DNA of 63,447 bases, filler included, from Octopus bimaculoides (lineage: Eukaryota): NCBI RefSeq assembly GCF_001194135.2. It is 4 parts of 4 records of this genome, joined end to end, with 100 filler letters (N's around TTAATTAATTAA, not from the genome) between each part and the next. Parts side by side here need not be neighbours in the genome. Positions count along the whole stretch, not along the records: positions 1 to 24,115 come from NC_068997.1; 3 more parts are not named here. One strand, written 5' to 3'. The notes under the pieces are model-generated. The model worked only from the letters and a program-made list of their open reading frames with translations, did no database searches and was not told where the DNA came from. A program made the translations under genes and the position numbers. Below are positions 1 to 13,145 of the stretch, piece by piece (within the stretch, counting starts at the first letter, position 1; every line of letters begins with the position of its first letter).

Positions 1-41
<41 letters not shown>

Positions 42-583
42 TAGGTAAATGTATGCCATGTATACGTATGAATGTATACAGGTTTGTATCTATGTATATA
101 TGCTAAGTAAATTATCTGGCCTTAACTACAAACACAACTCCATACATACACTTAAATGTGCACGTGTATACATACACTCATTTACAAATGTTTGACTTTA
201 TATGTGTATATTTATTCATACATCTCTCTCCCCACATCATTTTCATCTATCTCTGTTGTCACTCACACAAGCATCATGCCAGAGCAGCTATTTTCATCAA
301 TTTACCCTCTTTTTTTTTTTTCATATTTTTTATTCTATTTATTTGAAGCTTTTGTTTCTTTTTTTTTTCTTCTCTCTCTACCACCAGTGTATTTCATTTA
401 AATTTACTTTCTCCCCACCTTTAAAAAAGCATAAGTTATAAAATGAAAAAAAAAAAATGCTCATTCCCCACCGAAACCATCAACACGATCGAAGACATCA
501 TTAACCATTTCCAAGAACACCACCAACTATATTATTTTAATACCAAATTCTTAATCTATCCTACACAACACACATCATCACGA

Positions 584-636
<53 letters not shown>

Positions 637-680
637 GATCATCATCGTCATCATCATCATCATCATCATTATTATTATTA

Positions 681-715
<35 letters not shown>

Positions 716-925
716 GTTGTTGTTGTTGTTATTGTTATCATTATTATTATTCCTTTTTTTACATTTGCTTATTTCACTCCACTACAATTAATCAGCTCAA
801 AGCTATTAACTTCCCCTTAAGCAGTTTCTAAGTAATTAAAATCTGGTTTATAACAGATTCTTCAAATAAGGAAGAAATACGTACAAACAGAAGAACACGT
901 ACGTAACAGGAATANNNNNNNNNNT

Positions 926-1055
926 AAAAAAAATATATATATACTATGGAAGGACAGAAGAAGTGGAAGAAGCGTGAAAGGGGTGAAACCCCCTGAGTTG
1001 TTAAGGGTTTGCATAGAACTTGTCTGTTGTTGCGAAGGAACGCTGTCTGACACGT
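926..1055 (-). CDS. Candidate terminal exon encoding a Ser/Thr/Gln-rich spacer plus hydrophobic tail (GPI-signal-like)
   Basis: Acceptor cattttag|AC; phase-1 frame DVSDSVPSQQQTSSMQTLNNSGGFTPFTLLPLLLSFHSIYIFFL runs into a 10-N gap. Weak polypyrimidine tract and no homology recognised. Confidence 0.2.
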
Positions 1056-1334
1056 CTAAAATGTGTGCGTGTGCGTGTGAGTGTATGAGGGAGCATGTTT
1101 GTAGTGTGTGCGTATTTCTATGTGGTGTGCTGTGTATGTGTATGTGTGTAGTGCGAAAGTCGTCATGCAAGTAGCGCAGAGCAAGTATAACGTATAACGT
1201 ATAACATACACTTTCCATTTAGATGATTCCAACATAGGTCACGGAAATATGTCTTGAAGAGTACATTGATGACTATTACTCATGCATGTATATATATATA
1301 TATATACTTGTACACATATATATATATATATATA

Positions 1335-1790
1335 TTTATTTATTTATTTATTTATGGGTTTCAGCCAAGTGGCTGCGGTCATGCTGGTGCACCACCGTGA
1401 TTTTCTGTCTTTATGCTGTGCTCTCTTCACGTTCCTTGCATGGCTCTTCTCCTCCACCTGATATAGTCCAATCAAGAGTTTTGATGGCACATCTGGTGTA
1501 TAAGAGAATTTGACATCGCTGCCCTAAACTGCGTGTCATTACGAGCCATTGGTTCGTCTGGTATCGTGGAGAGGAAAGCGTCAAGTTTTGTCTTGAAGAC
1601 CTCCGCATCCATGATTGCATGTCTCTCAAATGTTTTGGCAGAGCATTGAAGAGCTGAGGTCCTCTGAAACTGAGGCTGCTGTAGTATCTCGTTCTTATGT
1701 GAGATGCACTGGACGGCACCTTTGGCACCATGCAGTGGCGACCCGTGTGGGTATTCCTGTAGTACTTGATGCCAAAGTTTGTACCATGCA
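1335..1790 (-). mobile_element. 5'-truncated CR1-group (CR1/L2-like) LINE: ORF2 C-terminus, 3' UTR and (TAAA)n tail
   Basis: Minus strand gives NFGIKYYRNTHTGRHCMVPKVP...YYSSLSFRGPQLFNALPKHLRD, then after a frameshift MDAEVFKTKLDAFLSTIPDEP...RAAMSNSLIHQ*. These match the post-RT C-terminal motifs of CR1-group LINEs. A 3' stem-loop (cagcc-actt-ggctg) and a (TAAA)n tail follow. Clade assignment is from motif memory. Confidence 0.85.
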
Positions 1791-2239
1791 TTCGCTAATA
1801 GGTTTCCTTTCCCTTTAGAACGCAGCAGGCACAGACACTAAAAACTTCTTATTTGTGTCTATCGACCGCAAAGGTCGGTGGCTACCGTATCATTCGAGGA
1901 CTTAGAACGAATGACTAAATACCGAGGGATACCTTATCCCACACTGGGAATACTCCGTAATACAAGGGTCCTTTGAATTAGAGGATCTCTTTTTCTTTAG
2001 TAAGAAACACCGAGTCGCACCGACTGAGTTATCAGATTCGAATGAAGTAATAGGATTGAATACATGTATTGAGTACGTTCTTAACAGCTTGTGTGAATAT
2101 TTTACATATTGTTTTCTTGTATATATATATATATGTCTGTGTGTATGTTTCCATTTATGTATCTATATAAGTATTTGTATGGGTAACTACATGTGTGTGT
2201 GTGTGCGTGTGTGTGTGCGCGCGTGCGCGCACGTGTATG

Positions 2240-2395
2240 TAATCCGAATACTCTGCGTGTCATTCTGTGTGTCGAGCTGAATCTTCCTCAGAGCAAAATT
2301 AAGGGTACGCAAGTGCTAGGCTGTCAGCGCCTTAATTTCGATCGGATCAAATGGAACACACGTCGTCGTAACCGACGGAGAGCCAGTCCATATTT
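2240..2395 (+). mobile_element. Degenerate 3' part of the SINE family seen full-length at 57647-58031
   Basis: Shares ...aagggtac... and ggaac...cgtcgtcgtaaccgacggagagcc with the 3' end of the 57.6-58.0 kb element. Confidence 0.55.
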
Positions 2396-3386
2396 ATAAA
2401 ATGGTATAACACAGTGGCAGTTGAAAGGATTATTATTAATGGTACGTAGCCAAATGAAATAGCTTTCTACGATAGGTCAAATCTTGAGTTAGCTTTCGCT
2501 GTCATCATTGCAATACTGATTAGCTAAAATATTCTCAAATAAATGTGTCCGCTTAATCTAGTTCTATTCATTCAACTCTTAGTCCCTTTACACAAAATTT
2601 CAAGCTCGTTATTTGGCCTACATGATTTAGTCGCTCTGTAGAATGGAAGGGAATGGAGAGGCGACGCGGCTCGTGCTGGTTACTCTTTCTACGTTACTGA
2701 TTCAGAGTGAGACAGAGAAAAAGAGAAAGAGAAGAACAGGAAGCTGAGGGAAGGAGGGGGAGAGAAAGAGATGAGAAACTGTCCCAATTTTTAGGCGTTG
2801 TTTTATTTATGGACATCGGAGCGATGAATAGCAAATATTGAGATGCGCATGAGAAAAATCCAGAAAATAATAGGATNNNNNNNNNNNNNNNNNNNNNNNN
2901 NNNNNNNNNNNNNNNNNNNNNNNNNNNNNNNNNNNNNNNNNNNNNNNNNNNNNNNNNNNNNNNNNNNNNNNNNNNNNNNNNNNNNNNNNNNNNNNNNNNN
3001 NNNNNNNNNNNNNNNNNNNNNNNNNNNNNNNNNNNNNNNNNNNNNNNNNNNNNNNNNNNNNNNNNNNNNNNNNNNNNNNNNNNNNNNNNNNNNNNNNNNN
3101 NNNNNNNNNNNNNNNNNNNNNNNNNNNNNNNNNNNNNNNNNNNNNNNNNNNNNNNNNNNNNNNNNNNNNNNNNNNNNNNNNNNNNNNNNNNNNNNNNNNN
3201 NNNNNNNNNNNNNNNNNNNNNNNNNNNNNNNNNNNNNNNNNNNNNNNNNNNNNNNNNNNNNNNNNNNNNNNNNNNNNNNNNNNNNNNNNNNNNNNNNNNN
3301 NNNNNNNNNNNNNNNNNNNNNNNNNNNNNNNNNNNNNNNNNNNNNNNNNNNNNNNNNNNNNNNNNNNNNNNNNNNNNNNNNNNNNN

Positions 3387-3462
<76 letters not shown>

Positions 3463-4149
3463 AAAACATGTATATATTGACTTCGTTGGCAGGCATGTTT
3501 GAGTGCACGACACATATTTCTTGATTAAAGAATTCCAAGTTGAGTGGAAGTAGAAATAAAGTAAGTCTTATCAAATATATCACTCTTTCTTCTAAACGAT
3601 GGAACACATCAAGAGAGTTTTTGCGGAATGTTGGTTGAGGATAATGGAGATAACGGTAAACGTACGAGAAAACGACAGCTCCAGACAGGGCTTGAATGGC
3701 GGCAGGACTATTTGAACTGACAGATTCAGGTCAAAACTGAGACATGCATCCATAAAATTATCTTCCTTTTATCAAGAATCTTTACAGCATTTGAAGTAAA
3801 AGTTGATGACAAGATATTTTACTATTTACTTAATTTCCTTTCGTCCAATGTAACGCCTTAACGTGATTGGGCTTTACAAACTCCCAACCCACACCTGCCA
3901 TCATTAACCTTAATAAATGTCTTGAGTTTTCTATCAGTTTGAACTTTCCAGTAACTGGAATTTGTCATTCATACAATTGGTACTTTAATTTTAAAACTTA
4001 CTTAACATTCTAGATTAATGAGGATGTCTCTTCGGGGATGTGTGCTATACTTAATAGAACAGCCTAATGTTAAACAGTAGTCCTACATATATGCCGCCTG
4101 ACATCAGTATATCTTTATCACGGTTGGAAAGGTCTCGAAAAGAGATACG

Positions 4150-4345
4150 TTGTTACAGCAATTTCGGGGGAGGGGCAGGACAATTACATTGACCCCATTG
4201 TTCAATTGGTACTTATTTTATCGACCGCGAAAGGATGAAAAGTAAAATCGACCGCGGCGGAATTTGAAATCGAAACGTAAAGACAGACGAAATGCCGCTA
4301 AGCATTTTGTCCAACGTACTAACGATTCTGCCAGCTCATTGGTCT
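4150..4345 (-). mobile_element. tRNA-derived SINE, family B (central gcctttcatcctttcggggtcgataaa-type domain)
   Basis: Reverse complement of the core ggtacttattttatcgaccgcgaaaggatgaaaagtaaaatcgaccgcggcggaatttgaa, which recurs more than 10 times in the window. Confidence 0.85.
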
Positions 4346-4602
4346 AGCTATAATAATAATATTCCTCTAGCAAGTTGCTCATTCAACCAACTAACTCATC
4401 AGCACCAGCCTCTGCCCTGCAGAGGCCTCCATTCATCGAGATAACTGGAGAGAGAAGAGAGGCCACCAACAGCAGAAAGGACTCACCGCATACCTGAATA
4501 CTTCTCTCTCTCTGTCTCTGTCTGTCTCTCTCTCTCTCTATTTGTATATATATAAATGTACGATCCAGGAATCGAGGTGTAGGAAGGAAGTTAGGCTCGA
4601 GC

Positions 4603-4676
<74 letters not shown>

Positions 4677-4696
4677 GGATGATGATGATGATGATG

Positions 4697-4732
<36 letters not shown>

Positions 4733-4743
4733 TAATATAATCG

Positions 4744-4791
<48 letters not shown>

Positions 4792-4826
4792 GTAGCAGGA
4801 GCAGCAACAGCGGAAATAGTAGTAGC

Positions 4827-4864
<38 letters not shown>

Positions 4865-5270
4865 CAGTAGTAGCAGTAGTAGTAGTAGTAGTAGTAGTAG
4901 TAGTTGCTGTTGTTGTAATAGTGGCATAATTATTATTGCCATTGCATGTTTGCATTCGAGTTTTCTGCAAATTATTACCTGATTAGACCTAATTCCAGTT
5001 AATTCTTCTCTACATCATACTTTTTTTCACTTAGTACCTGTTGTTAGGTCTGCAAGGCATAAAACTGCTTTTGTTATAGTGGCAACTTCTAAAAATTTCA
5101 TTACAAAACTCTATGTTGTCTATTGACAAAAGCTAATGCATAAACACACAAACGCAGACACACATCCACACACATTCACACATAAACATACACAGAGTAA
5201 GTGTCTGTGTATATATAGATATGAACTCCTTTACTTACATAAAGGGACTAAAGCTCACACAGGTATTTGC

Positions 5271-5350
<80 letters not shown>

Positions 5351-7554
5351 ATACATACATGGGGTGTTGTTCTTAGTTGACCTGTCCAGACTTGACCAGA
5401 TCGTATCCTCCAATTGATTTCCTTCACCGCTGGGAGACAATTGATAAATTTGCTGGCGATTATTATCGTGCCATTGATTAATGTCGACAGTTGCCTAAAC
5501 TGTCGAACACAGACAGAAAGAACCGGAAACCGCCTGCCTTACTCAAATCCGTTACTAGTGTCATTAATGTCGTGTTTCTTATTTCTGCAATCAATTGAAA
5601 TCATTACCAATATAAAACTGGAAAACGAGGGCTTCATTGTGGTCTACAACGTTCTGCTGTGCTCAGCTGTGGTGTTGTGAGGTGTGGTGGTGTGAGCGGA
5701 TGGGTTTGAAAGGGCGATGCTGGTTTTTGTGTTGAACTGTACTNNNNNNNNNNNNNNNNNNNNNNNNNNNNNNNNNNNNNNNNNNNNNNNNNNNNNNNNN
5801 NNNNNNNNNNNNNNNNNNNNNNNNNNNNNNNNNNNNNNNNNNNNNNNNNNNNNNNNNNNNNNNNNNNNNNNNNNNNNNNNNNNNNNNNNNNNNNNNNNNN
5901 NNNNNNNNNNNNNNNNNNNNNNNNNNNNNNNNNNNNNNNNNNNNNNNNNNNNNNNNNNNNNNNNNNNNNNNNNNNNNNNNNNNNNNNNNNNNNNNNNNNN
6001 NNNNNNNNNNNNNNNNNNNNNNNNNNNNNNNNNNNNNNNNNNNNNNNNNNNNNNNNNNNNNNNNNNNNNNNNNNNNNNNNNNNNNNNNNNNNNNNNNNNN
6101 NNNNNNNNNNNNNNNNNNNNNNNNNNNNNNNNNNNNNNNNNNNNNNNNNNNNNNNNNNNNNNNNNNNNNNNNNNNNNNNNNNNNNNNNNNNNNNNNNNNN
6201 NNNNNNNNNNNNNNNNNNNNNNNNNNNNNNNNNNNNNNNNNNNNNNNNNNNNNNNNNNNNNNNNNNNNNNNNNNNNNNNNNNNNNNNNNNNNNNNNNNNN
6301 NNNNNNNNNNNNNNNNNNNNNNNNNNNNNNNNNNNNNNNNNNNNNNNNNNNNNNNNNNNNNNNNNNNNNNNNNNNNNNNNNNNNNNNNNNNNNNNNNNNN
6401 NNNNNNNNNNNNNNNNNNNNNNNNNNNNNNNNNNNNNNNNNNNNNNNNNNNNNNNNNNNNNNNNNNNNNNNNNNNNNNNNNNNNNNNNNNNNNNNNNNNN
6501 NNNNNNNNNNNNNNNNNNNNNNNNNNNNNNNNNNNNNNNNNNNNNNNNNNNNNNNNNNNNNNNNNNNNNNNNNNNNNNNNNNNNNNNNNNNNNNNNNNNN
6601 NNNNNNNNNNNNNNNNNNNNNNNNNNNNNNNNNNNNNNNNNNNNNNNNNNNNNNNNNNNNNNNNNNNNNNNNNNNNNNNNNNNNNNNNNNNNNNNNNNNN
6701 NNNNNNNNNNNNNNNNNNNNNNNNGGTGGCGGTGGCGGCGGCGTCGGTGGTGGCGGTGGTGGCGGTGGCGGTGGTGGTTGTGGTGGTTGTAAAGACGAAG
6801 AACTGGAACAACCATGATATCAACAGCCATGACGACCTCGAAGAAGATGATGATGATGATGATGATGGTGATGACGATGATGATGACGACGATTACGACG
6901 ACGATTACGACGACGATGGCGATGATGATGATGAGGAGGAGGCCGAGGCGGAGCGGGAGCAGGAGGAAGAGCAACATGGTCATTACCATGATCATCATAA
7001 CGATCATAATGAATGTGATAAATATAACGACCATTGCCATCATCATCGTAGGTCAGCAACTGGAAGGGGATACTCGTGATGACGGAGACCCAGAGGGAAA
7101 TAATGAGGATTATGATGAGAAGGGTGAAGCGCTGACGTAAATCGAGACTGATTCATGATGACGATATTGATGATGACGACGACAACGTTGACGATGACGA
7201 CGACGACGACGACGAGGATGATGATGATGATGATGACGATGATGACGATGATGATAATATTCACGAAACTTCGGATCAATGCTAAAGCTGTTGGTAATGC
7301 CGTTGTTGTTATTAATATTGTGTGTTTAGTTGCTGTTTTTATTTTGTTCACGTTATTGTTCTCGCTGTAGATATCTTAATCGCACTTTCACAGACGTTAA
7401 TAACATGTTTACCTGTATTGTGGGCAGTAAAACTAACAAACGTAAAGAGAATCTAACATCGACTGAATATATTTTCGCTTACTTCAGGCAGAATGCCAAA
7501 TGACGCCAGGCTTAGTTTAAAACAGAGCTTACTGAAGACCAACCAAACACTCTA

Positions 7555-7561
7555 TCTAACC

Positions 7562-7628
<67 letters not shown>

Positions 7629-7754
7629 AATCTATCTATCTATCTGTGTGTCTATCTATCTATCTGTGTGTATGTATGCATATATATATATGTATGTGTG
7701 TATACATATATGCATATATTAGACATATGTATATATATATATATATATATATAA

Positions 7755-7834
<80 letters not shown>

Positions 7835-7840
7835 TTATAA
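7555..7840. repeat. (CTAT)n followed by (TA)n microsatellites
   Basis: Directly visible tandem repeats. Confidence 0.95.
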
Positions 7841-8021
7841 ATGGATACATATAAGTGTATATATACATACACATGCATAAATACATACACATATATATAC
7901 ACACATATACATATATCAGTATGTGAGATTACGTGCCCATGCGTGTGTATGTGTGTGTATGTGCGTGTGTTTGTATGTGTGTATGTACGCGTATTTGCGT
8001 GTGTAAGTGTGTAGGTGTGTG

Positions 8022-8056
<35 letters not shown>

Positions 8057-8090
8057 GTAACGAGTAATTACATCCATGTGAAAATTCCAC

Positions 8091-8189
8091 CTTGCAAATG
8101 TTTTGTCCTCAACCACTCAGCGTAAGAGTTCAAATGAAACATTAACATCTCGCAGCTGTGTCCGCGTCCTTCATATTTGATGAAAGCAT
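8091..8189 (-). CDS. Candidate 99-nt symmetric phase-1 exon
   Basis: Strong acceptor ttttttttttaattctacggtttacag|; only one of the three frames is open: (D)AFIKYEGRGHSCEMLMFHLNSYAEWLRTKHLQ. Donor is the weak GTGGAA, or the alternative GTAATT after 8072. Confidence 0.3.
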
Positions 8190-9077
8190 CTGTAAACCGT
8201 AGAATTAAAAAAAAAATCTTTCCTTCTGTTAATATCTAAATAACAAATCATGAAATATATTTTTATTATATTTCTTATTTACAGAGTCACGTTTTCACTG
8301 GCACAGTTTGTTTCCACAAAGTTGATTTAACGAACAAACTTCGTTCCTTTTTTTTTTTTTCTTCTTCTTTGTTGCGTACATCTGAGTTGCTAATTGTATT
8401 TTGTTATTACTTCTCATTAGATAAAAATCAAATAGCTGTACAACATCGAAAAGAGACCCTGGAGTATTATGCTGTATTGAAGTCTAACCTTCCAAACCTT
8501 CGTTCCGTCGCTATCCTCTTCTTATGATATTAACACTGAACTTAATCATAATAAACACTGCACATATGTATATGCCAGAGGCAAGTATAATTTGCCAAAA
8601 TGAGTGCCCTTATATGGGTAGGGTGGGGGTGTTGGCGCATATATATATACATACCCATATACATACTCAGACATATACACGCATATATATATATATATGT
8701 ATCTTATTATATTTCAACACACATACATATATATATATGAAATATCTCTTGTCGTCAAAACTTTACTCAAGCTTTCGTTTAAGATTTCTTAGAACTAAAG
8801 ATTGCCTTCAGTTACAAAAATATATAAAAGCAGACGAGGTTCGAGAGAAGAGAGAGTAGCTGTGATAATAAGTTACTAAACGAGTACACAGAAAGTCTAA
8901 AACAACAGTAAAACCACACTTTAATAAACAAAAATAACAGAAATATCATGATAGAGCCATTGGCTTCGCTGCCAAACAGAAGGTAAGATTCATGTGTAAG
9001 GTTATTGAAACCAGATGTTTGTTGCGTATAAAATAGTTGTCTATATTCTCAAGAAGCATTTAAAATGATACCCCCAG

Positions 9078-9122
<45 letters not shown>

Positions 9123-10529
9123 TAGAGAGAGAGAGTGAGAGACAGACACATAGACAGCAGTGAAAGAGAGCAAGTAATAGATAGGTAGATAAATAGAAAG
9201 ATGGATAGATAAATGTGTGTATATATATATGTATTTTTCTATGTATATATGTATATATGCATACACACATGTAGATATGATGTTTTTTTTTTCCGCACCA
9301 TAAAATGCAACGTACTAATATATTATCATATCATTGTTATAGTATCAATAAAAAACAATAACTCTAGCAAGCAATGTATGCCGCGCAACCAATGTAATAT
9401 ATTCTTTCCAGTGTAAACATGACAGTTGAAAGCATCATGTCATCAATTTCCTGCACCCTGACTATATATTTAAAAAATGAAGGCAGTCTTTGATGGTATT
9501 TGAAGAAATGAATAAAAGCGAAGTATAACAGATGAATTGTTAACAACGTAATATAAATTCCATGCATAATACTAATATGCGAAATTGGATGAAAGAAACA
9601 AATGATATAGATAAATAAGTAAAGGAAATAGTAGTGAAAATATATATTATGTAAATGCTTTTCCGATGAAGGAAATGAATATTTCCAACGACTCGGAATA
9701 GAGCCGTTTTCTTGTTAGAAAATTTAAAATTTGCTTTTTCTTCGCGGAAATGTTTTTATATATATATTTGTATTACCAACTGCTTTGCATTGTGCGTTTC
9801 CGATGCAGGATTATAACGTTCATCTGAATTCTGGAATTCATTCCTGAGGAGGTAAAACTAACATAAAACCTATGTCGGTGACTAGTAAGTTACCTCATCG
9901 TAATGGTTTACTGGTTTCTAATTTATCGGAGGGCCCTGGAGTAGTTCGACACCATCGATCTAAGTGTTTAAATGTTAGTTTATTTTATCGACCCAGGATA
10001 AATGAAAGACGAAATTGAACCCACAGTAATTTGAACTGTGAACGTAAAGTGTCCGAAAAATAACTATAGAGAATATAATGGGAATATAAAGGTTGCTAAC
10101 ACTGATATATTGTAAGCTATTTACACGTAGGGAACATAGGGTTGGATCAATTTCAGTACTAGTATGTTACGTTACTGAAACTTATATTCAATACCCAAGA
10201 AAACTAACGCGAAACCAAATTACGGCGATATGTGAAAACAAAAGTTACAGGCACGCAATTCGCAAAGGATTTTTATCCTTTACCGATTCTACATCTAACA
10301 ACATTTACAGCAGTATAATAATATAGCGAAAAATGTAATTATAATGCTTGCCATGCTGTAAAACTATTTGTTACATATGCCTTGGTATAACATCATTCTC
10401 ATAGAGGATACATATGTTTGAATCGTTTCAACAGATATGTAGTGAGACAGGATTAATCAACCCTTAGATATGATAATGGACTGTGACAATCTTGTAAATG
10501 AAAGCTAACTATTTAATATTACTATATCC

Positions 10530-10750
10530 TAGGGGTGGTGATCTGGTAGATTCGTTAACACGCCGGCCGAAATGCTTAGTGGCATTTCGTCTGTCTTTAT
10601 GTTCTAGTTTCAAATTCCGCCGCGGTCGACTTTGGTTTCGTCTTTTCAGGTTCGATAAAATAATTACTATTTGAGCACTGGGGCGGACGTAACCAATTTA
10701 GCCCATTCCGCGAAACTCCTGGAATTTTTCAAAAATTTGAAAGCAATATT
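10530..10750 (+). mobile_element. SINE family B copy
   Basis: tRNA-like head (ggtggtgatctggtagattcgttaacacgccggccgaaatgcttag...ttcaaattccgccgcggtcgac) plus the family B core. Confidence 0.85.
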
Positions 10751-11872
10751 ATCATTTCCTCTTCTGGTTGAGATTTTTAGAGCTAAAGGCAGTATAAAAG
10801 CAAAAAACAGCACATATTGTCGGGTTATTTAATACTTAAACATATGTAGTTCATTAATTTGATGTCCTTAAGTTCAGCTTTTACCCGGAATTACGTTATT
10901 TGTGAACGCTTCAGTGGATGCAGCAAAAGTCTCCCAAGTTAAATAAAAGTTCTTTAATTTGAAAGGGTTAAGCGGGGAAAATTGTCTTCAGTGTAGTTTG
11001 CTGTCCACAAATGAATAACAATTTCAAGAATAATTACAATGACTTATTAATTTAATTTTGAGAAAGCTGAAATAAATAAACAGAAACTCTCCGACCACTC
11101 GACGTATTATGCATTGTTATTTATTTATTTATTTATTTGTTCGTTTGTTCATTTATTCAAAATATAAAATCCATTGGGAAATTGAATAATTCTAAGAATA
11201 GGCAGTGAAATTACGATCACATAACTAAAAGACATACACCAACTATAAACACACCTTTTCATTTTGGAGCAGTGAGTAAAAATAATAATAAAAAGTATCG
11301 CTGGTCTTCATGATGATTTATTGTATGAAAAAATCCATCAAAATGATTTACATGCGACTGAAGTCTTTGTTAACCTCAAACTCTCGCTGTGATTTGTGAT
11401 ATATATATTTAATGTCCATTAGTTTTTACTTCATACATGAAAAATTTGGTTAAGTTGACTCTGTTCAAATCATAAAAGACGTCAGCTAACTCTGCTAAAA
11501 TACGAACTGTCAATATGATTCATATTTGTGCCCAAACGTCTATGCAGAGTTCAATAGTTAATGTGACGCTGAAGAAGCTGAAATAGCAGTCACGTGATTT
11601 TGATAGCGATAAGCTGTCATCACGATTTCAAAGTTATCTTAAATAGCATACACTAGTCTTGCCTAACAAACATTTTTTTTTTTATCGATTGGTTATTCAC
11701 TAAAGAATTAAATACTGCTCGGAACTGGAATATTTACTTGTTCTTGTGTACTTTAATTGCTACAGAAGAATAGGTAGTTGAGTTTGGATTAATAGTTAGT
11801 CGTGTATATAGATATGAACTCCAGAATTCAAGGAATCCAAAAGGAAGAAAATTTTATTTAAAATAAAACATG

Positions 11873-11943
11873 AATGCGTTAAGCCTTGTGGAAAATGAAG
11901 AAGCGTTTTTTTTCCTCCACATTTCCACACGGTTTAATGCATT
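11873..11943 (+). ncRNA. Pre-miRNA-like hairpin (candidate)
   Basis: 71-nt fold-back with 21 Watson-Crick pairs, 2 G:U pairs, 1 mismatch, 1 bulge and a 22-nt loop. No expression evidence. Confidence 0.3.
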
Positions 11944-12720
11944 GATTTTTTTTTGTTTTGTGTGTATACATGATGTTCAGTAACAACTTACTAATAATGA
12001 TTTACTTGTCGATAAAATATGTCTCGTAATGTACCTCGGTTATTCCGATCAAAACTGATATGAAAAGCTATCCCTTAGATGTATCGAGTTGTATTGCCTC
12101 ACCGTCGAACTCTTCAACCTCGTCTATCGAGTGAATGTGTGAGCCTCTACATGGCAGATCAATCTACAAAAAATAGCAACTAATTCTTCCCCTTTTTTTG
12201 TAGGAAACTTTGGTTAATGTAAATCTTTATTACCTTACGCCAGCTTGATCATGAAAATAACTCTTTTGATTATACATCTGTTCAAACAAGAACAAATTTT
12301 CGTTTTTTTTTTTTCCGGAGATGGAAAGCATTGACTTTAGATTTCCTTGAGATTTTGGAATAGTAAAGTTGTTACCGATATCAGGCTGACCTGAACAGTT
12401 ATGCTCCAAAGATTTTCGTGTATACACTCGTTAAATACGATGTACTTGGGAGTACATTTCACTAAGATTTTAGTAATTTTTGATTTAGCACATTTTACTA
12501 AGATTTTAGTAGAACAAGGCCTTGATTTCAGATTTATTCTTTGAGTTGGCGTAGATGTGGAAGGGTCAGTGTGGCAGCAGTTAACGTTCAGATTTCTTTG
12601 GGAGCAAGGGAAAAATTCCAAAAGAGTCACAGTCGTAAGAATAATTAAAACGACGATTTTAGTGCTAGATTTTCGTTGCAGGAGACATTAGGGCTAAAGA
12701 GAGAATGGAAGGAGATTCAA

Positions 12721-12843
12721 TTGCAAGTAATGAAAAGTCTTCAGCCTCAAAAAACAAAACATGGTCGAAGTCTTCTGATGAAGGTAGAAGACTTCAAGGC
12801 TCAAAGGCCTTGAAGGCTCAGAACTTTTCATACACCCCTTGTA
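12721..12843. mobile_element. Very small mariner-type MITE (about 120 bp)
   Basis: Right end read inward is TA-caaggggtgtatgaaaagttctgagcct, a mariner-like TIR. A degenerate partner atgaaaagtcttcagcct lies at about 12730-12747. Confidence 0.5.
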
Positions 12844-12851
12844 TATTTATG

Positions 12852-12883
<32 letters not shown>

Positions 12884-13006
12884 GACCGCATTTGCTCATG
12901 AATGACCATGGGATCGCACCTGGAAGCTTCTCCATCCAAGGCACGAGTCCAGGAAAGTTGGTTCATGGAAAACCATCACTCGCCCATGCATAACAGCTTC
13001 TCCTCT

Positions 13007-13044
<38 letters not shown>

Positions 13045-13145
13045 ACACACATATATATNNNNNNNNNNNNNNNNNNNNNNNNNNNNNNNNNNNNNNNNNN
13101 NNNNNNNNNNNNNNNNNNNNNNNNNNNNNNNNNNNTATACATTTC

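Noticed and set aside
6726-7260. Asp/Glu/His-rich and Gly-rich ORFs resembling biomineral or metal-binding proteins
   Set aside because: Mosaic of GAT/GAC/GGT/CAT trinucleotide repeats, open in several frames on both strands, like other non-coding mosaics in the window; no splice signals.
12775-12815. CTGATGA as a hammerhead core
   Set aside because: No downstream GAAA or stem III; the motif is buried in a MITE hairpin.
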